The position numbers were made by a program, and so were the translations under genes. Positions 26,124 through 39,344 of a stretch of 64,000 nucleotides of DNA are shown one piece after another. The notes under the pieces were generated by a model. That model was not told the DNA's origin. It did not search any database and saw only the letters and a list, made by a program, of their open reading frames with translations. Origin of the DNA: Haliotis cracherodii (Eukaryota); assembly GCF_022045235.1 (NCBI RefSeq), contig NW_027266286.1:71610001-71674000 (forward strand), in the 5' to 3' direction. Every line of letters begins with the position of its first letter. The first letter of the stretch is position 1.

Positions 26124-26580
26124 CTGCAATAGGAAATGTACAAGCTGCAGCATGGTTACATCCGGTGCAGTACTGACAATTATAAACGTAGTATGAGATG
26201 AAAAATAGGCACAACAGTGATGAATGGATGAATGGATCACTGAAAGTCAGTGATAGCACGGCGAAAGGGGTAAACATGTAGATATTAGACAAGACAGCAT
26301 GATACGTTCTTAAATGAGCAGTCCATTGAACTGTCAATTTATTTTGCTTAATAAATTATATACAATTTATTCGTTTTGTGGACTAAACATAGGGAAGTCA
26401 TATTTGAATAAAAATCTTCAAATGAAAGTGTTGCTTTAAGTTAAGATTTGTTATGTCTTGTGGCCTGTAAGTCTAAGGTTAATTATATGTCGAATCCCCC
26501 TAGATATTTATGAATACCAAGTGAAACACGAATAACAACTTTCAAGACATGTTTTTTAAAAACTTTTTCCCTTGTAGACT

Positions 26581-26829
26581 GACCCGTGAAGACTCGGGGT
26601 AGAATAGGTCCTCAGCAGCCCATCTTGCCATAAAATGCGACTATGCTTGTCGTAAGAGGCGACTAACGGGATAGGGTGGTCAGGCTCGCTGACTTGGTTG
26701 ATGCACGTCATCGTATCCCAATTGCGTGGATCGATGCTCATGATATTAATCTCTGGATTGTCTGGTCCAGACTCGATTATTTACAGACCGCCGTCATATA
26801 GCTGTAATACTGCTGAGTGCGGCGTTAAA
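26581..26829 (+). mobile_element. SINE family 1
   Basis: TSD ccttgtagactg on both sides. Confidence 0.85.
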
Positions 26830-27109
26830 CCTTGTAGACTGGTGAGGGCAAACGAATAAATTATATCAAAAGTTAAATTTGTCTTAAGGAATCTTAGGTT
26901 TTCTGTTTCTTTAATTTTATGCTGTTTGTTTTACACCCTTTATTTTGTCGACATCCCTAAAATATATCAGATAATGGAGAATAGTTTCCAAAGTTACTAT
27001 GCTTCACTGCGTCAACAGTATCATGAAACAAACTTCAAGGATTTTTAGTTCGGAAAAAGATAAGTAGTCGTTCGTCCCTAAAATGTGCTTTGTACCCATC
27101 TCTTATTCC

Positions 27110-30100
27110 CAAAGTTGGACAACATCTAACAAAACAAGGCATGTTAATAACAGCTGGACAGCATCTTACCAAACAAGGCATGTTAATAACAGCTGGACAA
27201 CATGTAACCAAGCAAGGCATGTTAATAATAGTTTGCAAACATCTAAGCAAGCAAGCCATGTTAATAAAAGTTTGCCAACATCAAACCAAACAAGGCATGT
27301 TGATGACAGCTGGACAACATCTAGTCAAACAAGGCATGTAAATAACAACTGGAGAGCATCTTACCAAACAAGGCATGTTAATAACAGCTGAACAACATCT
27401 AACAAAACAAGGCATGTTAATAACAGCTGGACAGCATCTTACCAAATAAGGCATGTTAATGACAGCTGGACAACATCTAACCAAACAAGGCATGTTAATG
27501 ACATCTGAACAACATCTAACCAACCAAGGCATGTTAATAACAGCTGGACAACATCTAGTCAAACAAGGCATGTTTACAACAGTTGGACAACAGCTAAGCA
27601 CACAAGGCATGTTAATAACAGTTGGACAACATCTAAGCAAGCAAGGCATGTTAATAACAGTTGGACAACATCTAACCAAACAAGGCATATTAATAACAGT
27701 TGGACAACATCTAACCAAACAAGGCATGTTAATAACAGTTGGACAACATCTAAGCAAGCAAGGCATGTTAACAACAGTTGGACAACATCTAAGCAAGCAA
27801 GGCATATTAATAACAGTTGGACAACATCTAACCAAACAAGGCATATTAATAACAGTTGGACAACATCTAAGCAAGCAAGGCATGTTAATAACAGTTGGAC
27901 AACATCTAACCAAACAAGGCATGTTAATAACAGTTGGACAACATCTAAGCAAGCAAGGCATGTTAATAACAGTTGGACAACATCTAACCAAACAAGGCAT
28001 ATTAATAACAGTTGGACAACATCTAGTCAAACAAGGCATGTTAATAACAGTTTGCTAACATGTAACCAAACAAGGCATGTATATTACAGTTGAACAACAT
28101 CTAACCAAACAAGGCATGTTACTGACAGTTGGACAATATCTAATCAAAAAAGGCATGTTTATAACAGCTGGACAATATCTAACCAAGCAAGGCATGTTAA
28201 TAACCGTTTGACAATATCTAAGGAAGCAAGGCATGTGAATAACAGCTGGACAACATCTAACCAAACAAGGCATGTTAACAACATTTGGACAACATCTAAC
28301 CAGACAAGGCATGTTAATGACAGTTGGACAACATCTAAGCAAGCAAGGCATGTTAATAACAGTTTGCTAACATGTAACCAAACAAGGCATGTTGATGACA
28401 GGTGGACAACATCTAAGCAAGCAAGGAATGTAAATAACAGTTTGCCAACATCTAGTCAAACAAGGCATGTTAATAACAGGTGGACAACATCTCACCAAAC
28501 AAGGCATCTTGATGACAGTTGGACAACATCTAACCAAACAAGGCATGTTAATAATAGCTGGACAACATCTAGTCAAACAAGGCATGTTTATAACAGCTGG
28601 ACAACATCTAACCAAACAAGACATGTTAATAACAGCTGGATAACACCTAGTCAAACAAGGGATGTTAATAACAGGTGGACAACATCTAACCAAACAAGGC
28701 ATGTGAATAACAGTTTGCCAACATCTAACCAAACAAGGCATGTGAATAACTGCTGGACAACATCTAGTCAAACAAGGCATGTTAATATCAGTTTGCCAAC
28801 ATCTAGGCAGGCAAGACATGTTAATAACAGTTTGCCAACATCAAAGCAAGCAAGGCATGTTAATAACAGCTGGACAATATCTAACCAAACAAGGCATGTC
28901 AATGACAGTTAGACAACATCTAACCCAACAAGGCATGTTAATAACAGTTGGACAATATATAACCAAACAAGGCATATTAATAACAGCTGGACAGCATCTA
29001 ACCAATCAAGGACATGTTGATGACAGTTTCCAACATCTAAGCAAGCAAGGCATGTTAATAACAGTTTGTTAACATCTAACCAAACAAGACATGTTGATGA
29101 CAGGTGGACGACATCTAACCAAGCAAGGAATGTTAAGAACAGTTTGCAAACATCTAAGCAAGCAAGGCATGTTAATAACAGCTGGACAACATCTAAGCAA
29201 GCAAGACATGTTAATAACAGCTGGATAACACCTAGTCAAACAAGGGATGTTAATAACAGGTGGACAACATCTAACCAAACAAGGCATGTTAATAACAGTT
29301 TGCCAACATCTAACCAAAACAAGGCATGATAATAACAGCTGGACAACATCTAGTCAAACAAGGCATGTTTATAACAGTTTGCCAACATCTAACCAAACAA
29401 GGCATGTTAATAACAGGTGGACAACATCTAACCAAACAAGGCATGTTAATAAAAGCTGGACAACATCTAACCAAACAAGGCATGTTAATAACAGCTGGAC
29501 AATATCTAACCAAACAAGGCATGTAAATAACAGCTGGACAACATCTAAGCAAGCAAGGCATAGTAATAACATTTGGAGAACATCTAACCAAACAAGGCAT
29601 GCTAATAACAGCTGGACAACATCTAAGCAAACAAGGCATGTTAATAACAGCTGGACAACATCTAAGCAAACAAGGCATGTTAATAACAGCTGGACAACAT
29701 CTAACCAAACAAGGCATGTTAATAACAGTTTGCCAACATCTAACCAAACAAGGCATGCTAATAACAGCTGGACAACATCTAACCAAACAAGGCATGCTAA
29801 TAACAGCTGGACAACATCTAAGCAAACAAGGCATGTTAATAACAGCTGGACAACATCTATCCAAACAAGGCATGTTAATAACAGTTGGACAACATCTAAG
29901 CAAGCAAGGCATGTTAATAACAGTTGGACAACATCTAACCAGACAAGGCATATTAATAACAGTTGGACAACATCCAGTCAAACAAGGCATGTTAATAACA
30001 GTTTGCTAACATTTAGCCAAACAAGGCATGTATATTACAGTTGGACAACATCTAATCAAAGAAGGCATGTTAATAACAGCTGGACAATATCTAACCAAAC

Positions 30101-30965
30101 AAGGCATGTTACTGACAGTTGGACAATATCTAATCAAAAAAAGGCATGTTAATAACAGCTGGACAATATCTAACCAAGCAAGGCATGTTAATAACCGTTT
30201 GACAATATCTAAGGAAGCAAGGCATGTGAATAACAGCTGGACAACATCTAACCAAACAAGGCATGTTAACAACATTTGGACAACATCTAACCAGACAAGG
30301 CATGTTAATGACAGTTGGACAACATCTAAGCAAGCAAGGCATGTTAATAACAGTTTGCTAACATGTAACCAAACAAGGCATGTTGATGACAGGTGGACAA
30401 CATCTAAGCAAGCAAGGAATGTAAATAACAGTTTGCCAACATCTAGTCAAACAAGGCATGTTAATAACAGGTGGACAACATCTCACCAAACAAGGCATCT
30501 TGATGACAGTTGGACAACATCTAACCAAACAAGGCATGGTAATAACAGCTGGACAACATCTAGTCAAACAAGGCATGTTAATAACATTTGGAGAACATCT
30601 AACCAAACAAGGCATGTTAATAACATTTGGAGAACATCTAACCAAACAAGGCATGTTAATAACAGCTGGACAACATCTAACCAAACAAGGCATGTTAATA
30701 ACAGTTGGACAACATCTAACCAAACAAGGCATGTTAATAACAGCTGGACAACATCTAACCAAACAAGGCATGTTAATAACAGTTTGCCAACATTTAGCCA
30801 AAGTAGGCATGTGTATTACAGTTGGACAACATCTGATCTAAGAGGGCAATGTTTATGACACTTTGACAACGTCAAACCAACCAAAGCATGTTTATTTTAG
30901 TTGGACAACATTTAACAAAGGAAAGTATTTGATGACAGTTTGACAACATCTAACCAACATCTGAC
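27110..30965. repeat. 39-bp satellite, ~100 units, in intron 1 of copy 5
   Basis: Consensus aacaaggcatgttaataacagctggacaacatctaacca. Confidence 0.97.
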
Positions 30966-31294
30966 CATAATATTTTAGATGTTCCCATACTCCACCATAG
31001 TCTTAGAAATATCCATTGTCTATTACAGTCTGTCCTTTCATTTGTAATTAACTGTTTGGTTACGGTATGCTTTATCATGTTCATACTCCGCTGTACATGG
31101 AACCATTTTCTCCATCTCCATGTCATGTCATCCTGACTATTTTGGCACTAGAAATAATTTGTATGATTAGGTTGCACAGTTGTAATCTATTGTGCTACTG
31201 AAGTGCTTTGCTTTCTGTGTAATCTGAAGGTGGGGATTAAGTTAGGATCATCAGACAAATAAATGTGTGGCCAAGTGCACGATACAATTCTATC

Positions 31295-31295
<1 letters not shown>

Positions 31296-31355
<60 letters not shown>

Positions 31356-31481
31356 AAGGGTTATTGTTTAAATCTGAAAATATTCTCTGTGTTTAGCTCA
31401 AGGACAAGAGATGATTTCAAAATGTATGAGGCAAACTCAGTGTCACCCTCGTGCAGGTGGATGAAGTACGAGCTATTATAA

Positions 31482-31515
<34 letters not shown>

Positions 31516-31585
31516 GCCACACACACACACACACACTCACACGCCACACACACACACTCACACGCCACACACACACGCCACGCAC
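31296..31585. repeat. (TAG)n and (CA)n microsatellites
   Basis: At 31296-31355 and 31483-31585. Confidence 0.95.
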
Positions 31586-31608
31586 AGAAACACGTTTTGT
31601 ATCTCTAC

Positions 31609-31642
31609 CTTTCTCATCATCTATGCTTCCTCCTTCAGCCAT
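31609..31642 (-). CDS. Exon 1 of copy 5 (MAEGGSIDDEK+G)
   Basis: ATG..GAGAAAG|GTAGAG; phase 1; intron 26124-31608 contains the 39-bp satellite. Confidence 0.78.
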
Positions 31643-31820
31643 TACGGATTCTCAACCTACTTCCTTTCCTAGTTCCTTCTTCATACGGTGACTGGACTAG
31701 TAATGTTTGTTATTCGTATACGTTGGCACTATTATTATCCCAATACACTCGTGTGCAAACATGTCTGTATTGCCGTATCCAACTGTTAACTGCTCGTCAA
31801 CAACCTTGACATGTACGTGG

Positions 31821-31888
31821 ATCCTAGAAATGTTACTTTCGCTTTCGATTTCGCATTCTAGGTATGGAGTAAAATAACCTTCCTGGAA
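31821..31888 (-). promoter_or_regulatory. ISRE (CGAAATCGAAAGCGAAAGT) and perfect GAS (TTCCTGGAA), copy 5 promoter
   Basis: ISRE at 31835-31853; GAS at 31880-31888. Confidence 0.72.
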
Positions 31889-33657
31889 TATTAGAAGTCA
31901 TCGTTACCGTACTTAAAGTCGGTTCATGACCCCCTAGTGTATTTGTTTAAACTATTGCATCGATTCATTCCTCTACACCTGTTTCATTGAGTGTGAGGAT
32001 CAGACCCAGTAATCCATGTTTTTTGTAAAAAGCCTTTTGAGGATTGAGTGCTTACAGAGCGTGGCTGATTGCATGCACATTCAGTGCTCATGCTATCAAC
32101 CACTGCTTCTACTAGAGATGGCAGATACATCTGATAAATTACTTTAATGTTTTTACGTTGGTGACCGTTAATGCATTTCATGTGAAGTCTATGATTTTTC
32201 ATAAACGTTTCCGGTTGCAGTATGAAGAAAATATTTGTCATTCAGTCTTATCAAGTGGTCAAACGTCTTTGTATATTAATTGTTTAAGAAAACTAACGTC
32301 ACTAATTTCCCATATTTATGAATTATTTATTACTAGTTCATAAACTGCCCTATTATATCTAGATAAACAGAAAACAGAATTAATATGAAGTAAGAGTTAG
32401 CTCACTTGGTTGATTCATATTTGAATAACCATCATATTCAGATTGACATGTGATGTTTGATGCAGAAATAACCTACGCGCTTCGATAACTTCATGGTTAA
32501 CCATTGATTCCTCAACCCTATTGAGCGAGTGAGTGAGTTGGGTTTAACGTCGCTTTAACAGTATTCCAGTTATATTACGGCGTCTCAACTTAATGTGGGA
32601 GGAAAGCCCAACGTGATGCAGGTCTCGGCATTTTCCACTCTGGTGAAACCCACAAGCTCGGGTATGATGCAGACAAAGTTTCTGGAATGTCCAAGGGACG
32701 AAACGAATTGCGAGGCCCCCAACACAACCCGAAAATGAGGACATGTGTCCATCCTAGATATCCCAGACAGAATATGGGTTGAATAGTGCTAAAAAGAGCT
32801 TAAAACCCTTTCCTTGGAATCAGCCTGCCCGACAAGAAAAATAGAAAGTAGATTTTCATTGTTTATTTTATTTACAAATTAAATAAAAAATAATTCCAAA
32901 CATAAAATATAATTTGAGAGTAATATAAAACTGTAAAACAAGACATATACATATATAGCTATATATACATCAAACCTATTCAGTTTACATGATGTGATAT
33001 AAATATCAATGTACACATATTGTATCTTTACCCATATATACATATTAGGCAATAAAGTAAATCAGGCGAGATAAAGCATAATCATAATACACCAGCGTGT
33101 GAATCCCAAATTCGATGAAATCAGAAAAGGAAGCTGATTATCCATTTAAAGTAAATAAAATAGACAAAACCCTTAACCAAGGATAATACCGACATATTGT
33201 CAATTTTTTCTAGCATCCTTATAACAGGATTGTGATGCTTTCCGAAATGGTGTCAATTTGTATCAATCTTCACTTCTGGAAAAAACTCAGTGTCATGTAT
33301 TGCCAAAATAAAATTGGTCGGCTCGTCCTTTCAGAGGAAGTCTTTGTTTTGCGACAGTGACCAAAGATAGATTCTATCTTCACCTCACTTCCAGTTGCAC
33401 TATCACACTGACTCTGTTTATATATATATAATTAAAAAAATATAAATAAAACGGTGACATTTTTCAATTGTATCCCTCTATTGATTTTCATGGCACTTTT
33501 AAATCTATGCACTTCAGAGTCGTTTTGTCTTGGGTACCGACCATAAGGGTTAAAGCAATATCCAGGAATGCTGATCACTCAGCTGAGTTGCCATAGTTGG
33601 AAATATTTCGGTCATATCACTTTCAAGTATGACCACCACCAATCCATTAAAACGTCA

Positions 33658-34295
33658 TCACCAGACATTGCATATGTCACAATTTTCAGACTTGCTTATT
33701 CCTCCTGGCGTGCTGTGACCTTGACCAATGGTGGGAGTAGAGGTGAGATGTCGATGGGACATGTCAATACTCTCTGTATACATGACCTCCACCTGCACTT
33801 CAGATTGGTCCAGTGTCATGTATGTGTCAGAAAATTCATCTTTCCACAAATAATTGTTGTTGTACGGATCGAGCTGGATGAGGTGTCGCCTGCAGAAACG
33901 GTCTGCATCTGATCCCGCATCTGTAAGTACCAAGGTCACGTAATGGATGTGTTTGCGTGAAGGCTTGCAGTAGAAATCAGCAAAGTACAGGTTTGCTGAA
34001 TCATCAAAGAGTTCATCAAGTGGTACTATCACTCTGGTGTTTCCGAACGGCGACATGTCTGGAAGATCACCCCTGTAGAGCGTCACCCCGAAGAAGAGAC
34101 CATTAAGTCTCCCGTTTATTGGACAACGCGGATCCCCTCCATCGTCCTTAACATACGGTACCATGATGTTACCGTGGTGTCTACGAATGTTTTTGAAGTA
34201 GGAGGATGGCTTGTTTCGGTAGAGATCAGACACCTGGTCATAGTCGTCTCCATCACAGTGTTCTTCGGCTTTCGGTAGCAGCTTTCGCAAATAGG
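33658..34295 (-). CDS. PHYHIPL: PHYHIP-like protein, copy 6, exon 2; ~221 aa with exon 1
   Basis: Acceptor ccttgcag|CCTAT at 34296-34297; intact domain ending CDICNVW*. Confidence 0.88.
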
Positions 34296-35579
34296 CTGCA
34301 AGGAGAAGACCAGTTTGTAACTTGCATGATGATTGACCCTTTATATATATACATGTATATATATTTTATTTTATTGTTTTCATCTGTTTGTGGAGAAAAC
34401 TATTAAAGACATTGTAAATGAAACTGAATGATATGGCAACGTTGGCTGAAGATGTGGTTACCTTCTTTTTTTTTATAAAATATTTCAATTCAGTGGACAT
34501 AATTGTAACATTGACACATGAGGTATATACGTGTAGCAATTCATGGTATCTGTATACTTGATCAGATATGTGTAAATATATATATTGGATTGACTGATGA
34601 AGAATATTAAGTAGATCTGTCAAACTTATTAATCTTCTATTTTCGTTGCGATAAACTTTTCTATTTTACATACATCTTTCAATATTTTTAAGAAAAATGG
34701 AAAGCATATGGAGTTTTCTTAACGCTTGACTGGGGAATGTATTTTTTGGCAAGAAGAATTATATGGTTGAAAAGATATGTAGAATGGTAATATGAATATC
34801 ATTTGCAAGTTTCTAGTTTAGGTACACTTCTAATCCTAACCATAATTCCTTTACAAAAGTGCATTCTATATACTGGTATAAGTTTTCAGAATCAGAGCTA
34901 CAAAAGGCTCATATATATATATATCTGTGTAGCCCTGTTAGATATGTTAGATATTCAATAGACATGTGAAAAAGTAACGCGTAAAAAATTATCTTTTTTA
35001 AACAAATAAATGTATTCTTATTACACTGGAAAAAAATCACACCCGATTTATTGTCTTAATTATGAGTACGCTAATCACACAAAACTAGAAATCGAACCAA
35101 AATTTTAAGTTAGACGAGTAAACGATTCATCCCCTCGGCTAACCCAGCACACTTTGGTTCAAGAAATGAGAAAATTGTGATAAAATCCCCGCTGGACTAC
35201 CGCCAAGCCTTTACCGTTATTCTTAACAATTACAGGTACTTGGTATATATCCAGACTCAGCCAGCCTGGACTAAACAATAACCCTCGAACTGAATTATTT
35301 ACTTTGACGAGCAAACGTTTCAGCCACTAGGCTAGCCAACTGAACTTTGGTTCGGGAATAAGAAACTGTTGATTAAAACCCGCTAGACTGTCGCAAAGCC
35401 TTGACCGTTTGTTGATAATTATAAGTATAAGGGTGTGCACATATAGCAAGAGTCTACAACGCAATTGGATAAATTTACTATGTATTTTTTCCTATAGATT
35501 GTGATGCACAAATTAGCTATATATCTCTGTCAACACTGTTTCTCCGACGTATATCAGGCAGCTTGAGCCTAACGACATG

Positions 35580-35606
35580 TTCCACGAATATGCAACGTTC
35601 CAGGAA
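35580..35606. promoter_or_regulatory. Tandem GAS pair in intron 1 of copy 6
   Basis: TTCCACGAA-N9-TTCCAGGAA; a third site, TTCCAGGAA, at 35870-35878. Confidence 0.6.
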
Positions 35607-35654
35607 ACGGAGCACTTTCTGACTAGGCCATTGTTGGCAACCCTATATTCAGGC

Positions 35655-35709
35655 AGTGAGGTGAGGTGAGGTGACACGTGAGGTGAGCTGAGGTGAGGTG
35701 AGGTGAGGC

Positions 35710-35775
<66 letters not shown>
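35655..35775. repeat. (GAGGT)n and (GA)n microsatellites
   Basis: Read directly from the sequence. Confidence 0.9.
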
Positions 35776-35777
<2 letters not shown>

Positions 35778-36138
35778 TGAATGTTCTGGAAGGACAAAGT
35801 AGAAAGCAGTATCACGTATTCCTGCTGCACTATGTCACGACCCACGTTATCAATGCGGGTATTTTTGTGTTCCAGGAAGTAATATTCTCCAAATTGGCAG
35901 TTGTTAGCCTTCGTTTTGACGCTTAGTTTTGTGTAAATTACTTTTTTCATATTCTTCAATTCCAATTTATACTGACTAAGAGGTTACAGCTGTTATCACA
36001 AATGAAACTCTTGGCTGTGTGTGTCAATTGTCAATTGATTGAAAGGCCTATACTGTTCATGAATAACGATGAGCAAATACAACCAACAAACGTGTTAGAA
36101 ATTGCGGAAATCAACCACATTGATTATTGTATAACTAC

Positions 36139-36166
36139 CTTTATCCTGGTGCCCTCCTCTGGCCAT
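36139..36166 (-). CDS. Exon 1 of copy 6 (MARGGHQDK+G)
   Basis: ATGGCCAGAGGAGGGCACCAGGATAAAG|GTAGTT; joins exon 2 in frame (G|CC = Ala). Confidence 0.72.
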
Positions 36167-36682
36167 GTTGCTGGAACAGTGAGTAGAAGCTACGTGTGAC
36201 CACCGTAACACGAGTTTATTGCTTGTTGTCTAACTTGCAAGTGTAACAAGAACTGTGTATGATTGTGAGTCAGATCTTCTTATGTGCGGGAAAACCGGTT
36301 CTATTAATAGATCCATGTAATGGTTATGTTATAGATTATTACCTCTTGAAAAGTTAAATGTCCGAGGGCAGCACTATCGTCGATCGTGGCATCAATGCTC
36401 CAACAGCGTCTCGACATCACAGTTGTTTAGATGAAGTTTTTATGGGAGGAAAGCCAGAAGTGATGCAGGTCTCAGACGTTTACCACTTTGATTAAATCCA
36501 CAAGCACGGGTATGGTGCTGACAAACCTAGAAACATAATCAGGGATACCGGGATTCGAACCGACCGACTTAAGTGAAATCCACTTACACGGTATAGGCAT
36601 TTTAGTAGGAGAAGGAAAAAAGTAGTTCCCATGGAATTGTGGGATCAATGACATTAGCACATGGTCTGTGACTGAGTTTAAA

Positions 36683-37111
36683 GGCCTTAACAAGCAATAT
36701 CCAAGCTATAACAAGTAGGCCTGGAATTTACTCTGGGCCTTAACAAGCAATATCCAAACTATAACAAGTAGGCCTGGAATTTACTCTGGGCGTTAACAAG
36801 CAATATCCAAGCTATAACAAGTAGGCCTGGAATTTACTCTGGGCCTTAACAAGCAATATCCAAGCTATAGCAAGGAGACTTGAAATTTATTCTGGGTCTT
36901 AACAAGCAATATCCAAGCTATAACAAGTAGGCCTGGAATTACTCTGGGCCTTAACAAGCAATATCCAAGCTATAACAAGTAGGCCTGGAATTTACTCTGG
37001 GCCTTAACAAGCAATATCCAAGCTATTACAAGTAGGCCTGGAATTTACTCTGGACCTGGCCTTAACAAGCAATATCCAAGCTATAACAAGTAGGCCTGGA
37101 ATTTACTCTGG
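36683..37111. repeat. 53-bp minisatellite, ~8 units
   Basis: Unit ggccttaacaagcaatatccaagctataacaagtaggcctggaatttactctg. Confidence 0.95.
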
Positions 37112-37498
37112 GAAAGACAAACCAGTGGTTGAAAAAATGACAAAACGATCCTCGACATGTGGGCAAGATGACACAAAATCAGTTGTTCTCCAGAATCTCC
37201 GTAGGTCATATGTATATCAAAAAGAACAAAGTCAAAAATAACATGACTGAGCTGACATATCTGCCACATTCCATAACTCTCCCAATACGTATAGCTGACA
37301 GTTCAAGTCTGACAAAGAATGCTCCTTACTTTTGCAAAGGTACAACTCAGGGGCCTGTCAAAATACCCATTCGCAACAAGTGACCCAGGGGTAAGAATAC
37401 CATGCAAAGCTCACTGCGTCTCAGTTGTACCGGTTCCTTGAGGGAGTCGCCATCTTTTCAAAACAGTTTTCATTTTGGAACGTGTTACCTTTTTTTGC

Positions 37499-38345
37499 CT
37501 ATGGCACATTCTTCTTCCTAATTCCGCCTGGCGTGGTATGACCTTGACCAAGGGCGCCTGTAAGGGAGAGAACCCTGTATGACATGGCCTCTGTATATAT
37601 GACCTCCAAGTGAACTCCAGATCGGTTCAGTGTTCTGTATGTACCAGTAAAGAATCTTTTTCTCAAAATTTAATACATATTCTCATACGGATTCATTTTG
37701 ATCAAGTTCTTCTAACAAGATTGGTCAGCTATGGGCCAGTCGCTGTCAAAACCTAGTTCATATAATGAATGTGTTTGCGTGACGGCTTGCAGTAGAAAAT
37801 CAGTAAATTATAGAAATGCTGATACATCAGAAACGTCCCTCAGTGATCTTGTCCCTCGGGTTTTCAGCAACCCATGCTTGCCGTTAAAGGCGACTATGCT
37901 TGTCGTAAGTGGTGATTAACGGGATCGGGTGGTCAGCCTCGCTGACTTAGTTGACAAATGTCATCGTATCCCAATTGCGTAGATCGATGCTCATGATGTC
38001 AATCACAGAATTATCTTGTCCAGATGCGATGATTTTAGACCGTCGACATATAGCTGAGTGCGGCGTTAAGCATCAAAATACACAAAAAACCATCATAAAG
38101 GCAGCCTGTCTGGTAGACCACTGTTACACAGGATCGCCCCAAACAGACCCATCAGCTTCCCATTGATTGGACATCGTGTGTCCTTCCACTCTCCACGTGT
38201 GAGGGTCCATGATGCTGCAGCGTCTTCTTCAAATATTTCTGAAGTAAGAGGATGTTTTTTTTGCGATACAGAGCATCTACCCATGTTCCTCCATTTCCTC
38301 CATCGCAGTATTCATCTACTTCATGTAGCAGCTGCCGTAGATATA
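37499..38345 (-). pseudogene. PHYHIP-like copy 7, decayed and interrupted by a SINE
   Basis: Acceptor at 38346-38347; remnants VYLRQLL..LYR..RCPINGKL.GLF..FYCKPSRKHIHY..GQGHTTPGGIRK with stops and frameshifts; SINE at ~37851-38085. Confidence 0.82.
37851..38085 (+). mobile_element. SINE family 1 inside pseudogene copy 7
   Basis: Homology to the other family 1 copies. Confidence 0.8.
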
Positions 38346-38879
38346 CTGCAATAATAATATTTATTTGAAAATTAGGATTTGTTACTTATTGTTTGTTTGT
38401 ATATTGTTTAACGGCATATTCAATAACATTCCAGCTATATGACGACGTCCTGACTGACTGGCGCATACACATCAGCAACGGTCCCCACCGTCGGGGTTAG
38501 ATGAAACAGTCACCAAGCCTGACCACCCGATCTCCTTTTGTCGCCTCACACAAACAGAACAAGTTTGCTGGGAACTACTGTATCCGGAAATCCACATGGT
38601 CGGTCTATTCTATTAGTGAGTGAGTGAGTGATTTTGGTTTAACGCCGCGTTTAACAGTATTCCAGTCCTATCACGGCGTGTCAGCTTAATGTAGGAGGAA
38701 AGCCCGAAGTGATGCAGGTTTCAGACGTTTACCAATTCACGAGCACGGGTATGGTGCTGACAAACCTAGAAACATAATCGGGGCGAACCGGGTTTCGAAC
38801 CCACAATTATAGGTTTCTGGCGTGCTCAAGAGACGCAACTCTGCACAGCGAAGTCAAGTCTTAAAAGACACATCAAAAT

Positions 38880-39044
38880 GGGGGCGGTCGGGTAGCCTAG
38901 TGGTTAAAGCGTTCGCTCGTCACGCCGAAGACCCGGGTTCGATTCCCGACATGGGTACAATGTGTGAAGCATCTGGTGTCCCCCGCCGTGATATTGCTAG
39001 AATATTGCTAAAAGCGGCGTAAAACTATACTCACTCACTCACTC
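38880..39044 (+). mobile_element. tRNA-derived SINE family 2
   Basis: GGTAGCCTAGTGGTTAAAGCG..GGTTCGATTCCC head, (ACTC)n tail; copies at ~14270-14425, 24690-24845, 43495-43640. Confidence 0.82.
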
Positions 39045-39317
39045 ATGATCAGTGACTTGGTTGACTGTTTAACATTGAGCCCAAGGCCATGAATCGTTGT
39101 TCATGTGCCTTGTTTACCTGGCCCATACTCGATCATATCTTGGCAACGTGATATGGCTGGTATATTTTTTTTAACTGCACAACTACTTGTACGTTGCTCA
39201 CACCCACTTGAGCCCACTGACGTATGAAAGTCACTCCAGTGTTATACTAGCTGTGTAGGGTGTGTGTAATTCAAGCCAAGCTGTCTACTCCAGCCTACAC
39301 TGGCTATTGATTACGGA

Positions 39318-39344
39318 TTCTACGAACCGCAAACGTTCCAGGAA
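39318..39344. promoter_or_regulatory. Tandem GAS pair in intron 1 of copy 7
   Basis: TTCTACGAA-N9-TTCCAGGAA, same spacing as in copy 6. Confidence 0.6.

Larger units (their letters stand above)
4030..26200. repeat. ~10.5 kb tandem segmental duplication
   Basis: Colinear near-identity of ~4770-14660 with ~15330-25080, and of 14670-15326 with 25330-26055. Confidence 0.92.

Noticed and set aside
27035-30858. Long Cys-rich (MPCLVRCCPTVIN)n and (TRHVNNSWTTSNQ)n ORFs
   Set aside because: Artefact of a 39-bp unit open in several frames on both strands, broken by random stops and frameshifts, and intronic to copy 5
33655-33660. TGA TGA after CNVW as selenocysteine or read-through
   Set aside because: No SECIS is evident, and the position matches the variable C-terminal boundary of the family
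38880-38960. tRNA gene candidates
   Set aside because: tRNA-like heads attached to SINE bodies and (ACTC)n tails, in many decayed copies
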